From contig CALVXK010000003.1 in the NCBI GenBank assembly GCA_944369075.1, forward strand, positions 30,876 to 94,875: a DNA stretch of 64,000 bases, written 5' to 3'. Positions within the stretch are counted from its first letter, which is position 1. Every line of letters begins with the position of its first letter. The notes beneath the pieces were generated by a model, which saw only the letters and a list, made by a program, of their open reading frames with translations, had not been told where the DNA came from and did not search any database. This document shows, piece by piece, positions 36,962-45,211 of the stretch. The position numbers were made by a program, and so were the translations under genes. Source of the DNA: an uncultured Bacilli bacterium (lineage in GTDB: Bacteria > Bacillota_I > Bacilli_A > RFN20 > CAG-826).

Positions 36962-38059
36962 TTACTTATTCTTTAATAAATTTTTTAAATAAAGTTTAAA
37001 AAATTCTCTTACCATTCCCTTAACCTTTGTCTTCTTTTCTTCATCATAGGTTTTAATTGTTGAAACATATTTATCATTTGAAAAAAGAAAATCTTTAAGT
37101 AAAGCCCCTAAAGTTAAAGCTTTATTTGATTTACAAACAGCAAAAATAAAATCTAAAAAGTCTTGTACTTCTTCATTAGAATATTTTTTAACCCAAGGAT
37201 TAAAAGTGTCTTGTAAAGACTTAGAATATGTTGTTAAAAATGGAGTTTTATTAAAATCTAAATAGTCTTTTTTACGATCTAAATTCCAAGTTAATAAATC
37301 ATGACTTGCAACTGAAATATTATTTGATGTTACAATTTCAAAATTTGAAGAAGAATCAAATAACATTCCAACTATACAATCTTGTGGAACAATTTTAATG
37401 ATTTTGGATTTATATGTTTCATAATCATACGAATCATTTTTAAAACCGGGTCCATCAAAATTATAAACATAATCAATTCTAGATTTATCTTTTTTAGATA
37501 GATTGAAAAAAGTATAGTAAGATAAATTTCCGCCTTTAGAGTGTCCTGTTAAAATAACTTTTCCTTTAATTTTGCCTATAACTTCTTTAGCATAGTTTTT
37601 TGCTAAAATTTGCGCTCCAACTTTATCATATAAAGTCATAAGCATATCTTCTTTAAATCCATTTAATGTATTATCGGTTCCTCGATAGCAAATTACCCAC
37701 TTTCCATCGATAAGGAAAGTTAAAGCAAAAAATTGAATTGAATCTTTTATGGAAAAATCATCTTTAAAATATCCCACTTTTAAATTCTTATATCGAGGAG
37801 ACTTAAAAAATAGTTCTAAGAATTCTTTATACCCTCGCCCAATTGTTAAATATCTTTGCTGTAAAATTTTAATAATATTTGATTTTCCAAAAACAGAAAG
37901 ATCTAAAAGTTCATCATTTTTAATTTCTCTATAATATGTTGTATCAATAAAATCAGCGTAAGATAGCGCAGTCAAAACAGCCACATCAATTACATTAAAT
38001 GGTGTCTTTTTAAAAGAATCATTCCCTTTCGCTTTTAAATAATGCTTAATTGTAGCCAA
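36962..38059 (-). CDS. DUF2974 / Mbeg1-like alpha/beta-hydrolase (lipase class 3-like)
   Basis: The nucleophile elbow TGHSKGGNL (GxSxG) and YRGTDNT, typical of this lipase-like family, are present. Confidence 0.65.
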   Translation of the reverse strand: MATIKHYLKAKGNDSFKKTPFNVIDVAVLTALSYADFIDTTYYREIKNDELLDLSVFGKSNIIKILQQRYLTIGRGYKEFLELFFKSPRYKNLKVGYFKDDFSIKDSIQFFALTFLIDGKWVICYRGTDNTLNGFKEDMLMTLYDKVGAQILAKNYAKEVIGKIKGKVILTGHSKGGNLSYYTFFNLSKKDKSRIDYVYNFDGPGFKNDSYDYETYKSKIIKIVPQDCIVGMLFDSSSNFEIVTSNNISVASHDLLTWNLDRKKDYLDFNKTPFLTTYSKSLQDTFNPWVKKYSNEEVQDFLDFIFAVCKSNKALTLGALLKDFLFSNDKYVSTIKTYDEEKKTKVKGMVREFFKLYLKNLLKNK

Positions 38060-38071
38060 AACTCATCCCTC

Positions 38072-38416
38072 TTATTTAATTTCTTTTGTTGCAATAATAT
38101 CAACATTCGTATCAAATATGTTTTTAAGAAGAACTTGATGCATCTTAACAGGTGCTTCGACACTAGCTTTTTTAAGTTCTTCCATTACTTTTAATAATAA
38201 ATCCTTTGGAATTGATGAAGAAGTCTTTACGCTTACATATGTGTCTTTTCTATTAGAAACTTTAACTGTTGAAGTTAACATCCTTTTAGGACAAGTAAGT
38301 TCTTCTTGAACATAATTTAGTCCTCTTAAACAGGTATATCCACTTATATTACCTTCATTATCCACTTTAATTCGGCAGCCTTTTGGGCAAACAATACAAA
38401 TAAATTCATTTTCCAT
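38072..38416 (-). CDS. DUF1667 domain protein
   Basis: CIVCPKGCRIKV is present, in 114 aa. This is the usual third gene of the GlpA-like/oxidoreductase/DUF1667 triads. Confidence 0.75.
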   Translation of the reverse strand: MENEFICIVCPKGCRIKVDNEGNISGYTCLRGLNYVQEELTCPKRMLTSTVKVSNRKDTYVSVKTSSSIPKDLLLKVMEELKKASVEAPVKMHQVLLKNIFDTNVDIIATKEIK

Positions 38417-38417
38417 A

Positions 38418-39689
38418 TTAAAGAGCCCTCACTTCAACTTTCAAGGAGTTTATATCATTTAAAGGTAAATCGCTAACATTAAGTTGAACCATTTCAGATG
38501 GTAACAAATCAACTTTATTAAATTTTTCAATAATATTACCATTTTCATCTTTAAAAAGAATTTCAGCTTTAGAAATTGGTTTTTTAACTCTAAAAGAAAA
38601 TAAAATATTTTCAACTGAATCATATACTTTAATTTCGTTAGGTAAAAGATAGGACATATTTTCGTTATGCGAAGTTAAAATAACTTTATCGTATATTTTT
38701 CTTCCTTCAAGAACTAACTTCGCGGCATTTTTACCGGCAATTTCACTTTCTAAAGAAACGTAATCAACTAAGTCATGGACATGCAAAACGTTTCCACATG
38801 AAAAGATAGAATCAAGACTAGTTTCAAGATTTTGATCTACATAAGCACCTTTAGTCTCTAAATTAACTTTGGCTCCACTGTTTTTTAACATTGCATTAAA
38901 AGGATATAACCCAATAGAAAGTAAAAGGGTATCGCATTTAATAAATTCTTCACTTCCTTTAATAGGATTTAAATCATCATCAACATCAGAAATTGTGATT
39001 CCTTCAAGTTGGTTCTTCCCATGAATCTTAGTTACTGTGTTATGAAGTCTTAAAGGAATATTAAAATCATTTAAACATTGAACAATATTTCTATTTAATC
39101 CATTGGAATATGGCATAATCTCGCTAACTCCAATAACATTAGCGCCTTCAAGTTTCATACGTCTAGCCATAATAAGTCCAATATCGCCTGAACCTAAAAT
39201 ATAAACATTCTTACCTACTAAATAACCATCAATATTTAAATATCTTTGAGCTAGACCAGCGGTGAAAACTCCATTTGGTCTTTCTCCAGGAGTCATAATT
39301 TGGCCTTGCGTCCTTTCGTTACATCCTGCAGCAAAAATTAAAGCCTTATATTTTAAAGTTGTATAACCTTCTTCTGAATTTGAATAAGTAATTTCTTTAT
39401 TTTTAGGACTAATAGAATAAACTAAAGTATCTAATAAATAAGGAATATTATTTTCTTTTATAAAAGAAATATATTTATAAGCATATTCTGGACCTGTTAA
39501 CTCTTCTTTAAATTTGTGTAATCCGAATCCATTATGAATACATTGATTTAAAATACCACCAAGTTCAGAAGATCTTTCGATAATTAAAATATCTTTCAAC
39601 CCATTTTCATAAGCCGATTTTGCAGCACTTAATCCTGCACTTCCACCACCAATAATTACTAAATCTACTGCTCTATTCATTTTATTCAC
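38418..39689 (-). CDS. FAD/NAD(P)-binding pyridine-nucleotide-disulfide-family oxidoreductase
   Basis: Two dinucleotide folds are present: IIGGGSAGLSAA and ILGSGDIGLIMA. Confidence 0.75.
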   Translation of the reverse strand: MNKMNRAVDLVIIGGGSAGLSAAKSAYENGLKDILIIERSSELGGILNQCIHNGFGLHKFKEELTGPEYAYKYISFIKENNIPYLLDTLVYSISPKNKEITYSNSEEGYTTLKYKALIFAAGCNERTQGQIMTPGERPNGVFTAGLAQRYLNIDGYLVGKNVYILGSGDIGLIMARRMKLEGANVIGVSEIMPYSNGLNRNIVQCLNDFNIPLRLHNTVTKIHGKNQLEGITISDVDDDLNPIKGSEEFIKCDTLLLSIGLYPFNAMLKNSGAKVNLETKGAYVDQNLETSLDSIFSCGNVLHVHDLVDYVSLESEIAGKNAAKLVLEGRKIYDKVILTSHNENMSYLLPNEIKVYDSVENILFSFRVKKPISKAEILFKDENGNIIEKFNKVDLLPSEMVQLNVSDLPLNDINSLKVEVRAL

Positions 39690-41139
39690 CTTTGCTTGGA
39701 TATTTTAAAATTTCACTACCTTCGTCTTTATAACGAATTTGATTAATATCTACATTTAACTCTCTTGCTAAAATCTTCAAAACTTCTTCTTGGCAGAAGC
39801 ATCCTTGGCATTTACCAAAACCTGCTCTTAATCTTTTCTTTACACCTTTTATTGTTCTTGCTCCACAATTACGATGTATAGAATCTATTATTTCACCTTC
39901 ACTAACTTTCTCACAGCGGCAAATTATATGACCATAAGTAGGATCTTTTTTAATTAATTCATTATATTTGTCTTTGCCTAAAGAAGTTAATTTAAAAACT
40001 TTTCTTCTTATTGGATTATAATCTAAATTCTCACTAAGATTTAATTTTTCTTTGATTAAATTAGAAACATATTCTCCTATTGCTGGAGAAGAAGCTAAAC
40101 CAGGAGACATTATTCCACCAACATTAAAGAAAAGGGGATTTTCTTTAGATTCTTCAATAATAAAATCATCTGTGTCAGGATTAGGTCTTGTTCCAGCAAA
40201 AGTTCTAATAACTTCGCCATAAGGAATATTTTTTATTAATTTTGATGCTACTTCCTTAATTTCGTTTAAAGTTTCAAAATCTGTAGAAGTATCTTCTATA
40301 TCTGTTAACTCATTTGATGGACCAATAATATAGTTATAAGAAGTTGTAGGTGATACTAAAACGCCTTTTCCTACTTTAGTTGGACACATAAAAAGGGTAT
40401 GTTTAACAAAATTTGCATTAAAATGATCAAGTAAAATATATTCACCTTTTCTTGGATTAATCTTATAACTTGGTTTCTCAATTAAAGAAAGTATTTTATC
40501 ACTATACAAACCAGTTGCATTCACTAATGATTTAGCAATAAATTCATCTTTATTTGTATAAACGTGGTATAAACCATTATCTATATCACGTTCAATATTT
40601 ATAACTTCACTGTCTAGACTAAGTTTGACTCCATTATCCATAGCATTTTCCATAAAAGCTATCGTTAATTCAAAAGGAGAAACAATCGCACTATCTTCAG
40701 CATATAGAGCACATAAACATTCTTCATTTAAATTTGGTTCCATGTTATGGAGTTCATCTTTTTCAATAAATCTTGCCTTAACTCCATTTATTTTTGCTCT
40801 TTCAATTAATTCCAAAATAGTTTTTTTATCGTCGCCATTAAAACCAATAGTTAAAGAACCATTTTTTATATAAGGAACATCTAAATCTTTGCAAACTTGT
40901 TCCATCATTTTATTTCCCAAAACATTAAACTTTGCCTTCAAAGTACCAGGTTTTGGATCGTAACCTGAATGAACTATTGCACTATTAGCACTACTTACTT
41001 CTTCACAAACATCGCTATGTTTTTCTAAAAGAATAGCATTAATATTAAATCTTGATAAATATCTTGCTATGGAGCAGCCAATTACACCGCCACCGATAAT
41101 TAAACAATCAAAAACATCTTTATTTTTATTTAAACTCAT
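39682..41139 (-). CDS. FAD-dependent glycerol-3-phosphate dehydrogenase/oxidase-like protein with a BFD-like [2Fe-2S] domain
   Basis: The N-terminal IIGGGVIGCSIA motif and the C-terminal CRCEKVSEGEI...GKCQGCFC motif are present. Confidence 0.75.
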   Translation of the reverse strand: MSLNKNKDVFDCLIIGGGVIGCSIARYLSRFNINAILLEKHSDVCEEVSSANSAIVHSGYDPKPGTLKAKFNVLGNKMMEQVCKDLDVPYIKNGSLTIGFNGDDKKTILELIERAKINGVKARFIEKDELHNMEPNLNEECLCALYAEDSAIVSPFELTIAFMENAMDNGVKLSLDSEVINIERDIDNGLYHVYTNKDEFIAKSLVNATGLYSDKILSLIEKPSYKINPRKGEYILLDHFNANFVKHTLFMCPTKVGKGVLVSPTTSYNYIIGPSNELTDIEDTSTDFETLNEIKEVASKLIKNIPYGEVIRTFAGTRPNPDTDDFIIEESKENPLFFNVGGIMSPGLASSPAIGEYVSNLIKEKLNLSENLDYNPIRRKVFKLTSLGKDKYNELIKKDPTYGHIICRCEKVSEGEIIDSIHRNCGARTIKGVKKRLRAGFGKCQGCFCQEEVLKILARELNVDINQIRYKDEGSEILKYPSKGE

Positions 41140-41267
41140 ATCTAAAATTTCCTAAATAAATTATATGATAAACTGACATAGTAAAGAACAATAAGTTTTC
41201 TTTTTTACAATAAAAGTCATACCCATTTCTAGATATGACTTTATAAAATTTAAATAAAATATTGGTT

Positions 41268-41612
41268 TTATTCTTCTCTATTCTTAGATAGATCGCTTGA
41301 AAAAGTTTCCCCGTGGTATCTTTTATGAAGTTTATTAAGATTATAGGCAGCAACTTCTTCTAAAGTAATTCCTAAACCAGAAGCAGTTTCAGCAATGTAC
41401 CATAAGACATCTCCAAGTTCATCTTTTAAATGCTCTTTATCTAATTCATGACCTTGGTATTTATATTTTTTGACAATATCGCAACATTCTCCAGCTTCGC
41501 CTGCTAAACCTAAGACACCATTTGTAATCATGTCTTTCTTTCCTTCTTCGGAAATTAGATTATAAGCATGTTTTTGATATTCATTAAAAGAGATGGTATC
41601 TTTCTTTTCCAT
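41268..41612 (-). CDS. MazG-like nucleotide pyrophosphohydrolase (YpjD type)
   Basis: GLAGEAGE and ELGDVLWY motifs are present, in 114 aa. Confidence 0.8.
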   Translation of the reverse strand: MEKKDTISFNEYQKHAYNLISEEGKKDMITNGVLGLAGEAGECCDIVKKYKYQGHELDKEHLKDELGDVLWYIAETASGLGITLEEVAAYNLNKLHKRYHGETFSSDLSKNREE

Positions 41613-41617
41613 AAAAA

Positions 41618-43447
41618 CTAGTTAACATATCTTTCAAAATCTTCAGCACCATGTTTACAAAGTGGGCAAATGAAGTCTTTTGGTAATACTTCTCCTTCGT
41701 AAACATAACCGCAAATTTTACAAATCCATCCATTGATTTTCTTTTCGCTTCTTGCTGGTTTTGGTTTGATATTAGACATATAGTAAGAATATGTTAATGA
41801 TTCTTCTTTAGATAATTGTTGAGATTCAGAAATTGTAGCAATGAATAAGTAATGTGAACCTAAATCTTCGCAAGAAATAACATCTAAAGACATAAATGCA
41901 TTAGCGTATTTTGTCAAATATGTTAAACCATTCTTAGAAACTTTATAATCTTTGAATGTTTCAAATTTATTTACATCTTTTCCGCTTTGGAAACCAAAGT
42001 TTTTAAAAACAGAGAATGGTGTGTTAACACTTAAAATAGACACATTAGCTTTCTTTGTTTCTTTAACAACTTCAGCACTGTAATTATGTTTATTAATTGT
42101 AAATGCAATTCTAACAGGATTTTCACCAACTTGGTTAATAGTATTTAAAATCATGCCATTATCTTTACCATTAGAATCTTTTGAAGTTAAAACATATAAA
42201 CCATATGAAATTGAGAATAAAGGATTATCGCTTAATTGAACAGCAGGGAAATCTTCAGCAATCTTTCTAGCTAATACTTTCACATTTTCTATTTGAGAAC
42301 TTCTAATTGCAGACTTAATTGTAAAAGAAACATCTTCTAAAATCTTCATATTTTTCATTTCGGAGAAAATTTTCTTCATTAAACTCATTGAATTAGGAGC
42401 CCAAGAACCATTTTCAACTAATGCAACTGTTCTATTTTGCATATTATGATATTTTAAATCGAGTAAGAACTCTTCTACTGGGGTAAAGATTCCCATATTG
42501 TATGTTGATGCAACTACAACTAAATGAGAATATTTAAATGTTTCGGCAACTAAAACTGACTTATCAGTCTTTGATGCATCATACATATGAATATCTCTAA
42601 TTCCATCATTTGCGAGTTGATCAGCGATTAAGTTAGCGACTTTTTCACCATTTCCATAAATAGAACCGTAAACAATTAAAACACCTTTTTGTTCTGGTTC
42701 GTATCTTGACCATTTATCGTATAAAGAAATTAAATATGATAAATCTTGTCTCCAGATTGGTCCATGTAAAGGACAGATTGTTTCAATTTCAATACTTGAA
42801 GCTTTCTTTAAAGCTGCTTGAACTTGTGGACCATATTTTCCAACGATGTTTGTATAATATCTTCTTGCTTCATCTAAGCAGGTATTTTTAAAATCAATCT
42901 CATGTGCAAATAAATTACCACTTAATGCATTAAATGTACCAAAAGCGTCAGCTGAGAATAATGTTTTTGTATAGATATCGTAAGTTAAGATAACTTCTGG
43001 CCAGTGAACCATTGGAGCAGTAACAAATGTTAATGTGTGTTTACCTAATGATAAAGTGTCTCCTTCTTTAACAAGGATCAAATTTTCAACAGTTTCTCCA
43101 TCATTATAGTTTTGAAACATTGTATAAGCTTTATCAGATGTAACAAGAGTAACTTCTGGATGTCTTAATAAAACCTTCTTAATTTCGTAAGAATGGTCTG
43201 GTTCCATATGTTGAACAATTAAATAATCAAGTTTTCTTCCTTCTAATACATCTTCAATTTTTTTTAAGAAAATGTCTTCAACGCTAACATCAACAGTATC
43301 TAATAAACAAGTTTTTTCGTCTAAAATAATGTAAGAGTTATACGAAACACCATTTGTTAAAGGATAAATGTTTTCAAATAAAGCAAGTCTTCTATCGCTT
43401 GCTCCTACATAATAAGTATTTTTTGTAACAAGTCTTTTTGAGTACAT
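41618..43447 (-). CDS. Multidomain flavodiiron protein (metallo-beta-lactamase + flavodoxin + flavin-reductase-like + rubredoxin)
   Basis: The diiron motif HMEPDHS, a flavodoxin-like block VIVYGSIYGNG, a flavin-reductase-like segment of about 150 aa and a C-terminal rubredoxin CKICGY...CPLCKHG are present. Confidence 0.8.
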   Translation of the reverse strand: MYSKRLVTKNTYYVGASDRRLALFENIYPLTNGVSYNSYIILDEKTCLLDTVDVSVEDIFLKKIEDVLEGRKLDYLIVQHMEPDHSYEIKKVLLRHPEVTLVTSDKAYTMFQNYNDGETVENLILVKEGDTLSLGKHTLTFVTAPMVHWPEVILTYDIYTKTLFSADAFGTFNALSGNLFAHEIDFKNTCLDEARRYYTNIVGKYGPQVQAALKKASSIEIETICPLHGPIWRQDLSYLISLYDKWSRYEPEQKGVLIVYGSIYGNGEKVANLIADQLANDGIRDIHMYDASKTDKSVLVAETFKYSHLVVVASTYNMGIFTPVEEFLLDLKYHNMQNRTVALVENGSWAPNSMSLMKKIFSEMKNMKILEDVSFTIKSAIRSSQIENVKVLARKIAEDFPAVQLSDNPLFSISYGLYVLTSKDSNGKDNGMILNTINQVGENPVRIAFTINKHNYSAEVVKETKKANVSILSVNTPFSVFKNFGFQSGKDVNKFETFKDYKVSKNGLTYLTKYANAFMSLDVISCEDLGSHYLFIATISESQQLSKEESLTYSYYMSNIKPKPARSEKKINGWICKICGYVYEGEVLPKDFICPLCKHGAEDFERYVN

Positions 43448-43623
43448 ACTTTCCCCCTAATTAAACAAAATAATTATATATTATTTTGATGCCCTAATAA
43501 ACAAAGAAGATAAAAAATATTATTAAGAAATATTTGCAATAAGCGTAATTTCTAAAGCAAGATTATTGTTTAATTTATTTTTTAAAATTATAATTAAAGA
43601 AACAAAAAGGAGAATTTAAAACA

Positions 43624-44007
43624 ATGGCAGAATTAAAATTATTAAAATGCGATAAATGTGGTAAAATCGTTGAACTTTTACCAGGAACTCATGGTTGCCA
43701 AACAATTTGCTGTGGCGAACCTATGAAAGAAATGGTTGCTAATACTACTGATGCAGCTTTAGAAAAACACGTACCAGTTGTAAGTGTTGATGGTAACCAC
43801 GTCCATGTTCAAGTCGGAAGTGTTGAACACCCAATGACAGAAGAACATCATATTGCTTTTATTTATCTTGTAACAGATAAAGCAACACATAGAGTTGATC
43901 TACCTCATGATGGAAAACCAGTTGCTGATTTCTATGTTGAAGGTGAAAAACCATTAAAAGTTTACGAATACTGTAATCTCCATGGCTTATGGGTAAAAGA
44001 ACTTTAA
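43624..44007 (+). CDS. dfx: Desulfoferrodoxin (2Fe superoxide reductase)
   Basis: The N-terminal desulforedoxin Cys motif CDKCG...CCG is followed by the SOR core EKHVPV...HPMTEEHHI...C.LHGLW. Confidence 0.88.
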   Translation: MAELKLLKCDKCGKIVELLPGTHGCQTICCGEPMKEMVANTTDAALEKHVPVVSVDGNHVHVQVGSVEHPMTEEHHIAFIYLVTDKATHRVDLPHDGKPVADFYVEGEKPLKVYEYCNLHGLWVKEL

Positions 44008-44078
44008 TCTAAATTTTATAGACAATTTAATAAAATAACTTAGGTTTTCCTAAGTTATTTTAAAATTAAAGGGGAAAT

Positions 44079-45005
44079 ATGATTTTATTTGTAAGTGGAA
44101 GAACCGATGTATTAACTTATTATCCTAAATGGTTCCTAAATCGAATAAAAGAAGGTTTTATCGATACAAGGAACCCATATTTTCCTAAACAAGTATCAAG
44201 AATATATTTTAAAAATGTTGATATGATTGTTTTTTGCAGCAAAAATCCTCATCCATTTTTTCAATATTTAGATGAGATTGATCCACTTCTTCCAACTACT
44301 CCTCTAGTTTTTCATATAACTATTACCCCTTACAATAAAGATATAGAACCAGTGATTGCTCCTTTAAAAAGGGAAATTATAGAAGACGTTAAATATTTAT
44401 CATCAAGATATGGAAAAAATAGAATATTTATTCGTTATGATCCAATAATTAAAAATAAGCACTACACGATTTCTTATCATATTAAAGCTTTTAAAAAACT
44501 ATTCTCTTTAGTTAAGGATTATACATCAAATATCGTAATCTCTTTTGTTGATAAATATAAAAATACCCTAAAAAACGATAAAGAAATGCAAATTGAAGAC
44601 TTAACCGACGAAGATTACAAAACTATTGGTGAATCTTTTTCTAATATTGTGAAAGGTAGTGATGTAAAAATATTTACTTGTGGAGAAAAAGAAAACCTTA
44701 TGGAATATGGATTTAATAAAGGAAGTTGTGTCACAAAAGAGTATGTTGAAGAAATATTAAAAGAATATGGTGAAAATATATCGACAAAGAAACAAACTTT
44801 TAGAAAACATAATAATACTTATTGTGACTGTATAAAAATGGTTGATATTGGCGCCTATAATTGCTGTTTGTCATTTTGTAAATATTGCTACGCTAACTAT
44901 GATGAAAATAAGGCTAAATTTAATTCAACAAAACATAACGACAATTCCTCTCTTCTTATTGGAGAATTAGAAGAAGACGATATTATAAAAGAGCGCATAA
45001 ATTAA
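44079..45005 (+). CDS. DUF1848 domain protein
   Basis: The N-terminus SGRTDVLTYYPKWFLNRIKEGF and the C-terminal Cys cluster CDCIKMVDIGAYNCC..FCKYCYAN match the DUF1848 pattern. Confidence 0.7.
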   Translation: MILFVSGRTDVLTYYPKWFLNRIKEGFIDTRNPYFPKQVSRIYFKNVDMIVFCSKNPHPFFQYLDEIDPLLPTTPLVFHITITPYNKDIEPVIAPLKREIIEDVKYLSSRYGKNRIFIRYDPIIKNKHYTISYHIKAFKKLFSLVKDYTSNIVISFVDKYKNTLKNDKEMQIEDLTDEDYKTIGESFSNIVKGSDVKIFTCGEKENLMEYGFNKGSCVTKEYVEEILKEYGENISTKKQTFRKHNNTYCDCIKMVDIGAYNCCLSFCKYCYANYDENKAKFNSTKHNDNSSLLIGELEEDDIIKERIN

Positions 45006-45007
45006 AT

Positions 45008-45036
45008 TTGATTTAGCAAGGAAGTTTTGATATTAT
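45008..45036 (+). promoter_or_regulatory. Candidate sigma-A promoter for tRNA-His
   Basis: TTGATT (45008..45013), a 17-nt spacer, then TATTAT (45031..45036), about 20 nt before the tRNA. Confidence 0.55.
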
Positions 45037-45056
45037 ATTAAGGCACTTAAAAATAT

Positions 45057-45134
45057 GGCGAAATTGGAGAAGCGGTTAACTCACTTGGCTGTGAACCAAG
45101 CATTTCACCGGTTCGATCCCGGTATTTCGCCCCA
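45057..45134 (+). tRNA. tRNA-His (anticodon GTG) with encoded G-1 and CCA
   Basis: The acceptor stem GCGAAAT/ATTTCGC carries an extra 5' G opposite discriminator C. The anticodon arm is CTTGG-CTGTGAA-CCAAG, the T arm is ACCGG-TTCGATC-CCGGT, and the 3' CCA is encoded. Confidence 0.9.
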
Positions 45135-45145
45135 TATAGTGCATT

Positions 45146-45170
45146 AACGCGATGAAAATCGCGTTTTTTT
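45146..45170 (+). terminator. Intrinsic terminator after tRNA-His
   Basis: Hairpin AACGCGAT-gaaa-ATCGCGTT followed by TTTTT. Confidence 0.8.
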
Positions 45171-45182
45171 ATTCCCACATGG

Positions 45183-45209
45183 AAAAAAGGCCCACATTTG
45201 CAGGCCTTA
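45183..45209 (-). terminator. Probable intrinsic terminator after the decarboxylase gene
   Basis: On the minus strand: AAGGCC, a 10-nt loop, GGCCTT, then TTTTCC. Confidence 0.5.
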
Positions 45210-45211
45210 AA

